IMG/VR virus record: IMGVR_UViG_2786546882_000003
Location: 36,063 to 100,062 of that record
Length of the DNA: 64,000 nucleotides
Source of the DNA: a virus
Lineage: Duplodnaviria > Caudoviricetes
Strand: one strand, 5' to 3'
A program made the translations under genes and the position numbers. Shown here piece by piece: positions 54,728-64,000 of the stretch. Position 1 is the first letter of the stretch, and each line of letters opens with the position of its first letter. The notes under the pieces were generated by a model. It worked only from the letters and a program-made list of their open reading frames with translations. It was not told the origin of the DNA and ran no database searches.

Positions 54728-54971
54728 TCATTTTCTGCGGAACGCATTCACATCTATAACGACCGTCTCGTATGGTCCGTATGTTTCTCTGTCGATAATC
54801 TCGCTTGATTCACTGTCGATGATGACGAATGTCCTGCTAGGAAGTGATTTGACAACATCGCCACCTGTATGCGAATCAAATAAACCTGTGAATTTTACAA
54901 TTTGCATAACACCAATTGAGAGCAACAAGCAAAATGCGATTTCCACTAAATCATCGGCAAGCTCTTTCATG
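54728..54971 (-). CDS. small membrane protein
   Basis: MKELADDLVEIAFCLLLSIG...; start inferred. Confidence 0.4.
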
Positions 54972-54981
54972 CTTTCCCTTG

Positions 54982-55410
54982 TCACAAAGGCCAGTCTGGA
55001 GGAGTTGTTTCTCCAGTCTTTTCGTACTTGTTTTTGTCGCCGACAAAGCGAACCGCAATTGCTAGGCTTTCTGAGCATTGCTTGTTGAATGTGTGGTCAA
55101 AAGCACTGAGAAACTGGAATTCAAATCCGCTGCCGCTAAAAAGACACTCAACCATACTCCATTCACAAGAAAGGGAATCGTACCCCCATTGTCCAGGAAG
55201 CGGATCGGATAAAATCCAAATCGGAATTACGCAGAATCTCTCGTTGCATGCGTTGATGTTGTCAACGATCGTAGAGACAATTTTGATAACTTTCTCTGAA
55301 CTTCCGCCGTGCATTTTGTTTGCATTTGAGGAGACTTCTATCAAGGCCTTCTCTCGCGCGCTTTTGTACTCGCCGATCACCCTCTCGGTTCTGCTTGTCA
55401 TTTCAGCCAC
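54982..55410 (-). CDS. hypothetical protein
   Basis: 142-aa ORF in operon. Confidence 0.5.
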   Translation of the reverse strand: MAEMTSRTERVIGEYKSAREKALIEVSSNANKMHGGSSEKVIKIVSTIVDNINACNERFCVIPIWILSDPLPGQWGYDSLSCEWSMVECLFSGSGFEFQFLSAFDHTFNKQCSESLAIAVRFVGDKNKYEKTGETTPPDWPL

Positions 55411-55849
55411 CCAGTTTTCTTAGGATTCCAAGTCTTGCTTCACGCCAAACAAGATCCACCACCTTTAGTGGCCTGAAGCAGTAATTACAGGCAAGTCTTC
55501 CGTTCTTCCAGACGCTTTGCCAAGAGACTGGAAGGTCGTTCGCTGCGTATTCTTCGAGTTTCTGATGCACCTCACTCCCGGCTTTGGCTTTGGTAACATC
55601 CACAAACTTGACGCTGACGAACTTGTCAGTGAACACCTCGAAGTATCCATCCCCATGAGCTACAACAAGAACCTTTGCTCTGCCGTTTGCCTTAGTGATC
55701 TTCTCTTGCCACTCAAGACCTTCGTCTGTCTCAAGCCACACTGGCATTTCTTCTGCCATGCATGACCGCAATAACGCACGTCCTTTCTCGCTTCTAACAA
55801 GCCACTCTCGGAGTGACTTCTTGGAGTTGAACGAAACCTTGCGAGCCAT
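55403..55849 (-). CDS. hypothetical protein
   Basis: MARKVSFNSKK...; start inferred. Confidence 0.55.
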   Translation of the reverse strand: MARKVSFNSKKSLREWLVRSEKGRALLRSCMAEEMPVWLETDEGLEWQEKITKANGRAKVLVVAHGDGYFEVFTDKFVSVKFVDVTKAKAGSEVHQKLEEYAANDLPVSWQSVWKNGRLACNYCFRPLKVVDLVWREARLGILRKLGG

Positions 55850-55850
55850 G

Positions 55851-55879
55851 ACATTACCACAGATGGACAAAAACCGCAA
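55851..55879 (-). promoter_or_regulatory. promoter-like element, copy 1
   Basis: - strand TTGCGG-tttttgtccatctgtgg-TAATGT, 17-nt spacer. Confidence 0.5.
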
Positions 55880-56051
55880 CTACAAAATCAGGAAAACCAC
55901 TGATTGCCTTCAAGCGCCTTGTACCAAATGCCAAGCTTGTGCTTGATTTTACGCTGCAATTCGAGTCGGTCTTCGCGGTGCATGTCTAGCTTGTTCGTGG
56001 CGAGAATCAGCTCGGTCGCCGTGAACTCGATGTCTTCTGCGTTGAGCCCTC

Positions 56052-56537
56052 TCACTGTTGGCGTCTGGTGCGGAGTCCGACCAGGTCGTTTAGGCTCTTT
56101 GCCCAGAATTCGTCTGGCGCTCGTGGCGCTGGTGGGTTGCCTTTCCATTTTGCCTTTATGAACTCCGGGTCGTAGTAGTCTGGGTCCCAAACGGACTTGA
56201 GCCAGATAGCATTGGAATTGTCAATCGTTGGCCACTCTTTGCCGCCGATCTTTAGTGTCGGTGTCTTGTCGCGGTCAGCCACATGCAGCATGTGCAGCAG
56301 CGGGCAGAGACAAATCACCATTCTTCGGTCGTCAACCCTCACCATGGAGCCAGAGCCAGATCCAAGGTGAGCAGCCTGCATGTACCAGGGGGCGAACCAA
56401 AAGCTTGGTCTTTGCGATATCCCGCTGGCCCAGCAGAAGTTTCTACCAGAAAGGCCGACTACAGTTCTAGCCGCGAGCCTTGACTGCTCGGACTGCGTCT
56501 CGCATCTTTCCGCTTGCGATTCCTTTGTCGAGTGCAT
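56052..56537 (-). CDS. HNH-like hypothetical protein (start uncertain)
   Basis: FCWASG, QAAHL, ICLCPLLHMLH. Confidence 0.45.
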   Translation of the reverse strand: MHSTKESQAERCETQSEQSRLAARTVVGLSGRNFCWASGISQRPSFWFAPWYMQAAHLGSGSGSMVRVDDRRMVICLCPLLHMLHVADRDKTPTLKIGGKEWPTIDNSNAIWLKSVWDPDYYDPEFIKAKWKGNPPAPRAPDEFWAKSLNDLVGLRTRRQQ

Positions 56538-56887
56538 ACTGCAACACTTCCTTGCGCGCTATTGGTTTGAGTCTCACTACCTCTCGGTGGTGCGTCCAGC
56601 TGAGTTCCGGCCATCGCTCGGAGGCTTTGAAGGCTCGTGCAATAGCAGCATGTCTTCCGATCATGTCCGCAGTGGTTGGGTCTGGGACGATGTTGTTGTA
56701 GAACGCTTCGCCGAATCGTGCTTCGCCGTAGGTCACAAGATCCCCGATCCACCACGGATGGTTCCTTGCAATCCAGAGCAGGAAATTGAGGGCGTTCTCC
56801 CAATCTTCTCCTTCGGGAGCGCCTTCCATTTCAAGCTGCGTTGGCCTGAGTACAAACGGGCCGATCTTCAGTTCAGGTGCTTCCATT
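56467..56887 (-). CDS. LmbU-like DNA-binding protein
   Basis: WWIGDLVTYGEARFGE, RWPELSWTHHREV. Confidence 0.6.
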
Positions 56888-57112
56888 TTCGTCGATCTCC
56901 TTGAGTTTCTTCTTGGCAAACTGGCGCATCATGTCGCCGATCTCATCGCTAGCTTCGTGATTCACAAACAGGCAGATACAGAAATGCCATCGCTGTAGCT
57001 TTTTGATCCAGCGCTCGCCGTTGCCTTGGCAGTGCTTGCACTTCTGGTACGGCTCGTACTTCGCCGACTCTCCAAGCCCGTACTTATTCTTCAGTTCGCT
57101 CAGACTTGGCAT
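56873..57112 (-). CDS. small zinc-finger protein
   Basis: CKHCQGNG...FCIC. Confidence 0.55.
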   Translation of the reverse strand: MPSLSELKNKYGLGESAKYEPYQKCKHCQGNGERWIKKLQRWHFCICLFVNHEASDEIGDMMRQFAKKKLKEIDENGST

Positions 57113-57431
57113 GCTCTTCCTTGATTATGTTGTAGATCTTCATCGCCGCTTCATCGGAAAGCTTCGATGTGTTTACGATCGAAATTTCACTCCTCGCTTG
57201 CTGAACTTTTGCCTCATGAATAATTTCCGGTGTTGCAATTTCTCCCCTGTATGGCCCCCATGCGTTTCTCCTCCCACGAATCAAAAGGTCTGGGTTTAGG
57301 GTGTACGTGCCACACTTGATGAATCCTTTCGGAGTGATCCTTTCGACAGGAACAATTTGCCACTGTCCAGTGCCGTACCCAGCCCTGAAAGCTATCTTGT
57401 CACCGACTTTCAATTCAGGTGCTTCACTCAT
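57084..57431 (-). CDS. SH3-like hypothetical protein
   Basis: LKVGDKIA, VERITPKG. Confidence 0.55.
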   Translation of the reverse strand: MSEAPELKVGDKIAFRAGYGTGQWQIVPVERITPKGFIKCGTYTLNPDLLIRGRRNAWGPYRGEIATPEIIHEAKVQQARSEISIVNTSKLSDEAAMKIYNIIKEEHAKSERTEE

Positions 57432-57793
57432 GACACAGTGTCCTCCTCGGCTTTTGATTCAAACTTCTGTTTCAGCCTGAGGAACTCTGTGTATTCTCGT
57501 TCCTCGCGCATCTTCTTGTATTCTTCTCGCCTTTTCTCTTCGGCCTGCCTTGCTGCTTCGTATTCATCGTCACCAAAGAATCGTCGCATCTTGTCTTCTC
57601 GGAAGTTCATCCAATTGAACTCGCCGTATTCGGTGATTTCTCCACGTTCGCCGTCATAGCCTGGGGAACCTTCCAGGCATGAGAATGTACCATCGTCGTA
57701 TCCGATGAAGAGATAGTCTTCTTCGTGCGATACAGTGTGGATTGTCTTCCCTACACAGTTATTGATCATGACTGGATCGTCGTTGATTCCCAT
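57428..57793 (-). CDS. hypothetical protein
   Basis: VGKTI, E.EY.EFLRLKQKFE; ATGA coupling. Confidence 0.6.
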   Translation of the reverse strand: MGINDDPVMINNCVGKTIHTVSHEEDYLFIGYDDGTFSCLEGSPGYDGERGEITEYGEFNWMNFREDKMRRFFGDDEYEAARQAEEKRREEYKKMREEREYTEFLRLKQKFESKAEEDTVS

Positions 57794-57796
57794 GGC

Positions 57797-58714
57797 TCAA
57801 TCCAAAACAGGGGTAACGGACCAGTCGAAGTCGATCTCCAACCGGCGATTCAAAGTGTGACAAGTGCGAGCAACCCAGTAGTGTGGCGCGAACTGCTCGA
57901 CTGCTTCGCGTTTCTTTTCTGTGAGGCTATGGCGGTGGTCGTAGATCCCAATGAAATCACCGTGCTCTTTCAGCCACTGGGCTGCCGTCTGCGGTCCAAT
58001 CCCAACGGCTGACGGAACGTCGTCCTTTCCGGTCAAGCACAGGTAATCCACGATCTGATTAGGCTTAATCCCAACCTTCTCCTCAACACCTTCTGCGTTC
58101 GTGTACTCACCTTTAGACCAAGCGACCACACCGCGACAGATGATTTGGTAGTAGTCTTTGTCTGAAGTGCAGACGACCACCTGCCCTCCCCTGACGATGC
58201 ATCTGGTTGTCATCGTTGCGGCAACATCATCAGCCTCATGCCCGTCAATTTGAATCCACGGAACCTGATAGAATTCACAGCTGGCTGCGATTACCCTGGC
58301 GATGTTGGTGATTTCTTGTGGCCGATCGTTCCTGCTCTTCTTGTACTCAGGGCAGATGTCCTTGCGAATCAGTCCATCTCTTTCGTCAGATGCGATGACA
58401 ATCCACCGAGGCTGAACTTTCTTTTCAAGCATTCGGACTCGCCGCATGAACGAGTCCTGCGCCTGCCCCATGTCCTGTGACTGTGAGAAATCAGCGCGAA
58501 TCCAATTCATCGCATCGACAATCAGCATCTTGGGCTTGTCTTCGCCAAGAAACTCCTTCCTCTTCCTGACGACAACCGGCCAGCAGGCTTGTCGATACCA
58601 CGGTTGACTTGACAGCAGGATGTCCGTCCCGATTGGCTCAAGTTCCTCGATCGACTTGGTCTTGTCGATGTCGGCCTGTGCCTGTGCAACTGTTTGAGCT
58701 TGCCAATCATTCAT
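57797..58714 (-). CDS. 5'-3' exonuclease / flap endonuclease
   Basis: LIVDAMN, EYKKSR, GHEADDVAAT, TSDKDYYQ, GIGPQTA. Confidence 0.9.
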   Translation of the reverse strand: MNDWQAQTVAQAQADIDKTKSIEELEPIGTDILLSSQPWYRQACWPVVVRKRKEFLGEDKPKMLIVDAMNWIRADFSQSQDMGQAQDSFMRRVRMLEKKVQPRWIVIASDERDGLIRKDICPEYKKSRNDRPQEITNIARVIAASCEFYQVPWIQIDGHEADDVAATMTTRCIVRGGQVVVCTSDKDYYQIICRGVVAWSKGEYTNAEGVEEKVGIKPNQIVDYLCLTGKDDVPSAVGIGPQTAAQWLKEHGDFIGIYDHRHSLTEKKREAVEQFAPHYWVARTCHTLNRRLEIDFDWSVTPVLD

Positions 58715-60357
58715 ATCAGATCCTCCCTGGCGACTTCGCGTACCTTGCTCCGCACGTCATTTGGATTGCGAGGCATGTTTCTCAGGTTCCTTGGTGGCCA
58801 AAACCCGTGTCGCTTTTTGAATAGCGTGAATGCCTGGGCAAAAGACATTGGCCTGTTGGACTTTGACTTCTTGCATGCCCAATACATCCGGTCCCAAAGC
58901 TCCTGGGCAGAGTATTCCTTGGGTTCATGGCTCTTGCGAAGCTCCTCCTCGGAGACGATTCGCATCTTCCCGCTTTTCTCGATAATCTTTTTTCCGCGAA
59001 ACGAAGACTCTTGACCGCAACCAACAGGAGGCTCTGGGCATTTAGCGCCAGACATCCGCATCGTCCCGCAGTTGGTGCAGGTAATGGGCGGTGCCTCAGC
59101 CATTTCCTTTTCGATCTTCTTTTGCTCTTCACAGAGCTGCTCCTCAGTCATGCCGAAGATCTTCTGCCAATCTCGATCCATGTTTGGTGAACCGAATCGC
59201 CAACAGTTGCCACAGTGGTCTGTGATAATGACGTGGTTTGGTGTTTCTGGCGAATAACGAAGCACCCTGCCGACCACTTGGACGAACGTCTTCAGCGTTC
59301 CTATGGGGCAGGCGAGGACGAGGTGATAAGTCGAACATTCATCTATCCCCTCCCTGAGTACAAAACGATTGCATAGGACTTTTATCTCGCCATTCCGATA
59401 GAGAGACATAATCTCGTCCCTTTTGTCCCCCTTAGGGTCTTTTACCAACTCCCCGTCGTGCCACACATCTGTGCCATCAATGTGCGCTGCTGGAATTCCT
59501 CGCTTGCAAAACTCTTCAGCCATCCAGATCGAAGACTTGACGCACGGAGCAAATAGGAATGTTGGCTTTCGTGCTGGATTTGCTATCAGCCACTCGTCGA
59601 TAATTTTTCCGACGACAGCCTGCGAGTAAACATACTTGGTGACATCGCCAACCCGGTATTCTCCCGTAGCCTCCCTGCCAACCTTGGAAAGGTCAAGCTC
59701 AGAGAATACCTTCACAATGGCTGGTACATGCGCTCCGCACTTGCGCAATTCAGTATTAGTTCCAGCGACGATAATGTCCTGGTACTTCTTCATTCCGACT
59801 GGGCTAGCGGTGATCCCAACTATGCACGCGCCATTGTCTGCTTGCTGTTGCAGGATGTTCATGGCCTGCGGGCCAAGCTGCGTGTGGGCCTCATCCACCA
59901 AAACAATGTTGGCCTTGTGAAGCTTCAGTACAGCATCGTCGCCAAGGCATCTCGAAGCTTCTGTTGGCATCGAGGAGATCTGCACAGGGTGATCGTGGTC
60001 CATCCTGTCAGGCATTGATGCTGCCCGAACACCGAAGTCCATGCCCGACCTTGAGAACACTTCAACCAGCTGCTTGAGGAGCATCTTTCGGTTGACTTTC
60101 AAGTCCACTCGCAGATCGTTTGCTACTGCCCAGCGAGTGACTGCCTCCATGATCTTAGACTTGCCGCCACCAGTAGGGCTTTGCATGCAGATCCACTTGC
60201 CAGGCTCAATGGATTTGATGATCTCTTCAGCGCCGTACAACTGGTGAGGCCAAGGCTTTACCGAGAAATATTTTTCGATGGTTTCCACCCGCTTACCCCC
60301 GAAACTTCCTTTGCCTCGTCCCTGAATGTTTCCCAAGCAAGCTTGAATTCTTTCCAT
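58711..60357 (-). CDS. SF2 DEAH helicase with C-terminal zinc finger (start uncertain)
   Basis: SPTGGGKS, VDEAH, TASP, VLREGID, QVVGRVLR, CTNC..CPEPPVGC. Confidence 0.9.
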   Translation of the reverse strand: MERIQACLGNIQGRGKGSFGGKRVETIEKYFSVKPWPHQLYGAEEIIKSIEPGKWICMQSPTGGGKSKIMEAVTRWAVANDLRVDLKVNRKMLLKQLVEVFSRSGMDFGVRAASMPDRMDHDHPVQISSMPTEASRCLGDDAVLKLHKANIVLVDEAHTQLGPQAMNILQQQADNGACIVGITASPVGMKKYQDIIVAGTNTELRKCGAHVPAIVKVFSELDLSKVGREATGEYRVGDVTKYVYSQAVVGKIIDEWLIANPARKPTFLFAPCVKSSIWMAEEFCKRGIPAAHIDGTDVWHDGELVKDPKGDKRDEIMSLYRNGEIKVLCNRFVLREGIDECSTYHLVLACPIGTLKTFVQVVGRVLRYSPETPNHVIITDHCGNCWRFGSPNMDRDWQKIFGMTEEQLCEEQKKIEKEMAEAPPITCTNCGTMRMSGAKCPEPPVGCGQESSFRGKKIIEKSGKMRIVSEEELRKSHEPKEYSAQELWDRMYWACKKSKSNRPMSFAQAFTLFKKRHGFWPPRNLRNMPRNPNDVRSKVREVAREDLI

Positions 60358-60743
60358 GCCTGCACGACTTCATTGAGATCGATAGTGTCTTCCCAGCCGT
60401 GGAGAATCCCGAACTCTTTGATCCACTCTCGGGGGTCCACTTCGCAGTATCGATCCACAAGGTGCTCTAGCTCACTCGCGTCCTCTCTGTCGACAAGCGA
60501 CTTGTTGGTATCTGTTTTTGCAGACATACCTTCCACTTCATCCAGGCAGGACGACGTGGTCATGTATCTTCCTGAAGCAATCTTCCTGCTCAGCTCCCGC
60601 ACTTTCGATGGAGACAGCTTCGCTATTCGCTTGGCATCCTCTCGGTTTATGTGGATTCCGCCATCCTGAACCACCGAATATGCCAGCGGCTCAAGTTTTT
60701 CGAGCGGGTTTTCCCCATCGACTTGGTACTTATATCGGATCAT
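60258..60743 (-). CDS. hypothetical protein
   Basis: ORF upstream of the helicase; start uncertain. Confidence 0.45.
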   Translation of the reverse strand: MIRYKYQVDGENPLEKLEPLAYSVVQDGGIHINREDAKRIAKLSPSKVRELSRKIASGRYMTTSSCLDEVEGMSAKTDTNKSLVDREDASELEHLVDRYCEVDPREWIKEFGILHGWEDTIDLNEVVQAWKEFKLAWETFRDEAKEVSGVSGWKPSKNISR

Positions 60744-60770
60744 TCTAACACAGGTAGACAAAAAACGCAA
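60742..60770 (-). promoter_or_regulatory. promoter-like element, copy 2
   Basis: - strand TTGCGT-tttttgtctacctgtgt-TAGAAT, 17-nt spacer. Confidence 0.55.
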
Positions 60771-60771
60771 C

Positions 60772-61206
60772 CTACGGCGCAATACTGAGCCGCTTCCCCT
60801 TGCTGATGCTATCTGCGGCGCCGACGACACGGTCGATCATGTTTTTGATCTCGCTTGAGTCCTCCGCGCTCCAGCCGGTGTCGGTCTTGATTGTCACAAA
60901 GCAATCACCGCCGTTTCCTGCTTCTGTCAACTGGTACTCGCATTTGATTTCCAGTTCTTCGGTGATTTCTGTCGTTCCAAGGGTGTTTCCTTCTTGGACA
61001 AACTTGCACGAGAGTTCGCATACCTCTAGGTCGCGCTTCTCTGCTTCCGATGGCGAGTGCCCAACTCTCGACGGCTCGACGTACCCAATGCCGTCCATGT
61101 AGACAGCGATGTTTCCGCCCAGTACTCGCTGCAGACTGTTGATTCCTTCCTCGGTTTCGTGGAACAGGATTTGGTGTCCAGAAACCAGTCTCCATCGGCT
61201 TTGCAT
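60772..61206 (-). CDS. hypothetical protein
   Basis: AAGGGG RBS; FVQEGNTLGTT, FVTIKT..WS. Confidence 0.55.
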   Translation of the reverse strand: MQSRWRLVSGHQILFHETEEGINSLQRVLGGNIAVYMDGIGYVEPSRVGHSPSEAEKRDLEVCELSCKFVQEGNTLGTTEITEELEIKCEYQLTEAGNGGDCFVTIKTDTGWSAEDSSEIKNMIDRVVGAADSISKGKRLSIAP

Positions 61207-61216
61207 GTCGTGCCCC

Positions 61217-62815
61217 TTAGATTAAAAACCGTCCGTGTTCGTCGACCAGAAACTCGCTCCAGTCATCGCCCTCTAGTATAATATATGCCAAACGCTGCTT
61301 TGCGCGAGTTGACATGACGTACAAAAGTCGCCGCTCTTCCTCTCGGCGCCTGCCTTTTTTGCTTCCTGGCATCTTTCTTTGGCATGGTCCAGCAACGAAG
61401 ACGGTGTCCCACTCCAGGCCCTTTGCAGCATGGCCCGTCAGGACTGCAACGCCATCTTCGGCAACCTGCTTTTCTTGCATGTCCATTAGCAGCGACTCAG
61501 GAACTGCGGAGAATTCCATGCCCTGGAATTTCATCAGGATCTTGTCCCGCACTGGCTCGTACCGCTCAAGTGTGGTTGTTCCGAAGATGCCACGAATGAC
61601 ATCCCACGCACTGTGGATCATCTGCTTTGTGAGAGATGGTCCAGTCTTTGTGATAGAATCCGCTATCAGCGTCCCAATTTCGCCTCCTGCTGCGTCTCGC
61701 AGGAACGAATGGTCTAAGAACCCTAGCTTTGCGATGTCGTTCGCTACAGAGCGTTTCTGAGCGTCTGTGATGGTCTTGCCTAGATACGCACACAGTGAGA
61801 TGGCGTTCGTTTGATCTGCCATGAAGTTGCAGTATGCACAGAATCTTTCGATGTCGCTGTTTTCTATCGGCAGCGGCCTTGCAACTGGGATGTTTTCTGA
61901 CTTCAGGTATCGAGCAATCTCATCGGCCTCTTGGTTGTACCGACAGAGGACTGCAAAATCCTCGTATCCCAAGAGTTCTTCATCGGACAATTCTTCGATT
62001 CGAGCGCGAATTGAGGCAGCGATGTCGTTAGTTTCGATAAAGCTGACCGATCCTTCGCCGCAAGATTCATCTGCTTCCATCGGCTCGGAGAACCCGCCGC
62101 ATGCAATGAGCCGGTTGGCCATCTCGATTATCTCGGACCCGCTTCTGTAGTTCCTCGATAGGTAGTATCGCTCGACCCCAGGCCTTGCGCAGAACTCTTC
62201 CCCCATTTCAGGGCTTGCGCTTCTCCACTCATAGATGCTTTGCCTGAAGTCACCGACGACCATGAGTGATGCAGTTCCAGGAAAGTCTGCCATCAGGTTT
62301 ACGCACTGCCACTGGTCGGACGAGTTGTCTTGCGCCTCGTCGACAATAATGTGGCATCCTTCGGGCAGCACCAGTTCAGGTGATTTTGTAAGCAGTCTAT
62401 TGCCGTACTGAATGATCTGATCAAAGCCGACGAGTTGCAGTTCCGCAGAGAACCGCTCGTCAAATTTTCTCCCGGTGACTGGTTTGCATTCCTTTTGCTC
62501 TGCTTCGTTGATTACTCCGTTGAATCCGTACGGGAACCCGATTTCACCTGCATGATCTTTGATCCACTGTAGGCAGATTGCATGGAATGTATCGCACACG
62601 ACCAGTGGGTTATCAATTCGCTCTCGGATTTCCCTGGCTGCTTTGCGAGTGAATGTGAAGACGATGATGTTTTCTGGTGGGATGCTAGTATCGATAAGCC
62701 ATCGCACCCTTTCTTCGAGCGTCCGTGTTTTACCAGATCCAGCGCCAGCGAAGACAGCAGAGACTCTTGCGTCTGTGTGGGCGATAGCCTGCTGTGTTTC
62801 CGAAAGTCCAGCCAC
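61217..62815 (-). CDS. UvrD/PcrA-like SF1 helicase
   Basis: AGAGSGKT, FTFTRKAA, VDEAQD, VGDFRQSIYEWR, NYRS, HAAKGLEW, EERRLLYV..TRAK. Confidence 0.93.
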   Translation of the reverse strand: MAGLSETQQAIAHTDARVSAVFAGAGSGKTRTLEERVRWLIDTSIPPENIIVFTFTRKAAREIRERIDNPLVVCDTFHAICLQWIKDHAGEIGFPYGFNGVINEAEQKECKPVTGRKFDERFSAELQLVGFDQIIQYGNRLLTKSPELVLPEGCHIIVDEAQDNSSDQWQCVNLMADFPGTASLMVVGDFRQSIYEWRSASPEMGEEFCARPGVERYYLSRNYRSGSEIIEMANRLIACGGFSEPMEADESCGEGSVSFIETNDIAASIRARIEELSDEELLGYEDFAVLCRYNQEADEIARYLKSENIPVARPLPIENSDIERFCAYCNFMADQTNAISLCAYLGKTITDAQKRSVANDIAKLGFLDHSFLRDAAGGEIGTLIADSITKTGPSLTKQMIHSAWDVIRGIFGTTTLERYEPVRDKILMKFQGMEFSAVPESLLMDMQEKQVAEDGVAVLTGHAAKGLEWDTVFVAGPCQRKMPGSKKGRRREEERRLLYVMSTRAKQRLAYIILEGDDWSEFLVDEHGRFLI

Positions 62816-63166
62816 TCAGTGATCTCCGTAAAAAATGACGTGAACCGTGATTCTTTTTGCAACTGCCCTGCGAATCATGTCGCGAGTTCCGCTCGACTTG
62901 CCGTCCCAGAATGCAATCAACTGTTCTGCGTAGTCTGCCATCTGCTGGTTGCGGATTGGTCCAGCGGCTTTACCATGAGCGCCCCAGTCAGCTGGGAATC
63001 CCTTGACTGGAATTCCATTTTCATTGGCCCATCGTTCGCCTTCTGAGTCAGCGCCGCGAGCCTTTCCGCTGACGACCTCGGTGATTGTTGGACGAAGGAT
63101 GTCTAGCATGCGCCGTCCTTCGTCGGTCAGCTTGTAGTCTCTTCCGCCAGCGATGATTGTTTTCAT
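62816..63166 (-). CDS. DUF2493/YspA SLOG-family protein
   Basis: IIAGGRDY, VVSGKARGAD, GKAAGPIRNQQM, FWDGKSSGT. Confidence 0.88.
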   Translation of the reverse strand: MKTIIAGGRDYKLTDEGRRMLDILRPTITEVVSGKARGADSEGERWANENGIPVKGFPADWGAHGKAAGPIRNQQMADYAEQLIAFWDGKSSGTRDMIRRAVAKRITVHVIFYGDH

Positions 63167-63181
63167 GTTGCTTCCATTGAG

Positions 63182-63253
63182 CAGGGTGCTAGGGAATCGA
63201 ACCCCAATTGTCCGCTCAGAAGGCGGTTGTCTTATCCATTAGACGAGCACCCC
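63182..63253 (-). tRNA. tRNA-Arg(TCT)
   Basis: Acceptor GGGGTGC/GCACCCT, D-arm GTCT/AGAC, anticodon loop CTTCTGA, T-arm TGGGG TTCGATT CCCTA; one mismatch in the anticodon stem; no encoded CCA. Confidence 0.85.
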
Positions 63254-63282
63254 GTAGGTTATATTTTTCTCAGAATCAGTCC

Positions 63283-63666
63283 TTATACGTTAGCGGCAGT
63301 CTCAAAGGACCGACGCAACTGTGGGTCGATCCTCTCCAACAGATTCGCCAAGAAATAGACCATTTCACGGCCATCGTATTTGCCGTGCTTGTAAGCCTGA
63401 TCCACAAGGTCGCTTGCCGTGTCGACAATTCGTTCGTCTTCGCTGGTTCGATCTTTTGTCTCCGCCTCGTGGATAGCCTGCCATCGCCAACAAGCCTCCT
63501 CTTCAGTGACTTCCAGCTCGTCGAACATGGCAGCCAAATTCTTCTTTTCGTGAGCGAGTAATCGGAATTCGTTTTCCACGTTTTTCAGACGCTCGTGAAC
63601 GTCATCAGCGTTGCGATTTAGCTGCTGAATCGCTACCAATCGAAAATACTTTTCCCTCTCGTTCAT
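63283..63666 (-). CDS. hypothetical protein
   Basis: 127-aa helical ORF with RBS. Confidence 0.55.
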   Translation of the reverse strand: MNEREKYFRLVAIQQLNRNADDVHERLKNVENEFRLLAHEKKNLAAMFDELEVTEEEACWRWQAIHEAETKDRTSEDERIVDTASDLVDQAYKHGKYDGREMVYFLANLLERIDPQLRRSFETAANV

Positions 63667-63693
63667 TGGTTGCCCTTTCAGAAGTATCTTCCA

Positions 63694-63903
63694 TTAGGTG
63701 TTATCGGTAGCCACGAAGACGTGTTCAGATTCACTGAAATGCCGCCTTGCCGTTTCTTCACCCACGTCGTCGTACCATTTCCAGCATCCCGTCTTGTACC
63801 ATCTGTACTCGTCCCACGTGGCATCTCGCTTCACAAAGCGACGGACAGTCATCAGGTGTTGGCGAAACGCAACAAAGTCTTTCGGCAATTCATGTTCAGC
63901 CAT
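63694..63903 (-). CDS. hypothetical protein
   Basis: AAGGGA RBS; 69 aa. Confidence 0.5.
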   Translation of the reverse strand: MAEHELPKDFVAFRQHLMTVRRFVKRDATWDEYRWYKTGCWKWYDDVGEETARRHFSESEHVFVATDNT

Positions 63904-64000
63904 TCGATATTCCCTTATGTGTTAGCCTTCCAAAGCCGCATCGACAGCCCAAGAAACCGCAACCGCTTTGGGTCGTTCCGTTGTGAAAACAACTCAGGAC

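Noticed and set aside
1-64000. Prophage boundaries, integrase or host flanks
   Set aside because: No integrase, att pair or run of host housekeeping genes is visible; ssb and rimI sit inside phage operons.

Overview
The whole window is tailed dsDNA phage sequence. The host is most likely a planctomycete, judged from a Planctomycetes-type RimI, a prepilin-type leader and a CPSGRC-ended secreted protein. The + strand (1-43.7 kb) carries a PAPS-reductase/ParB module, terminase, HK97-type portal, protease and capsid, and a siphovirus tail with tape measure. It continues with a membrane and papain-protease block, a second tail-like module, a poly-Ser protein with a glycosylation cluster, and two large ejection-type proteins. 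The - strand (43.9-64 kb) carries early and replication genes plus tRNA-Arg(TCT). The main finding lies at 43.9-45.6 kb: a stand-alone RAMP/Cas7-like gene and an accessory gene sit among five non-coding units of 15-17 pentamers (fixed GTY-like triplet plus variable NN) sharing a 3' tail GTCA(A/T)GG(C)TTTTT. Reading only the NN pairs and skipping every third target base, three units, and more weakly a fourth, decode to diverged homologues of this phage's own virion genes, always with the skip on the codon wobble base. This looks like a VIPR-like gapped-code RNA-guided system aimed at related phages. Other notable points are a duplicated antiterminator/terminator leader in the late region and two tail modules with a composition shift (recombinant phage or assembly chimera). 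All functional calls are from motifs and synteny read by eye; no database searches were run.
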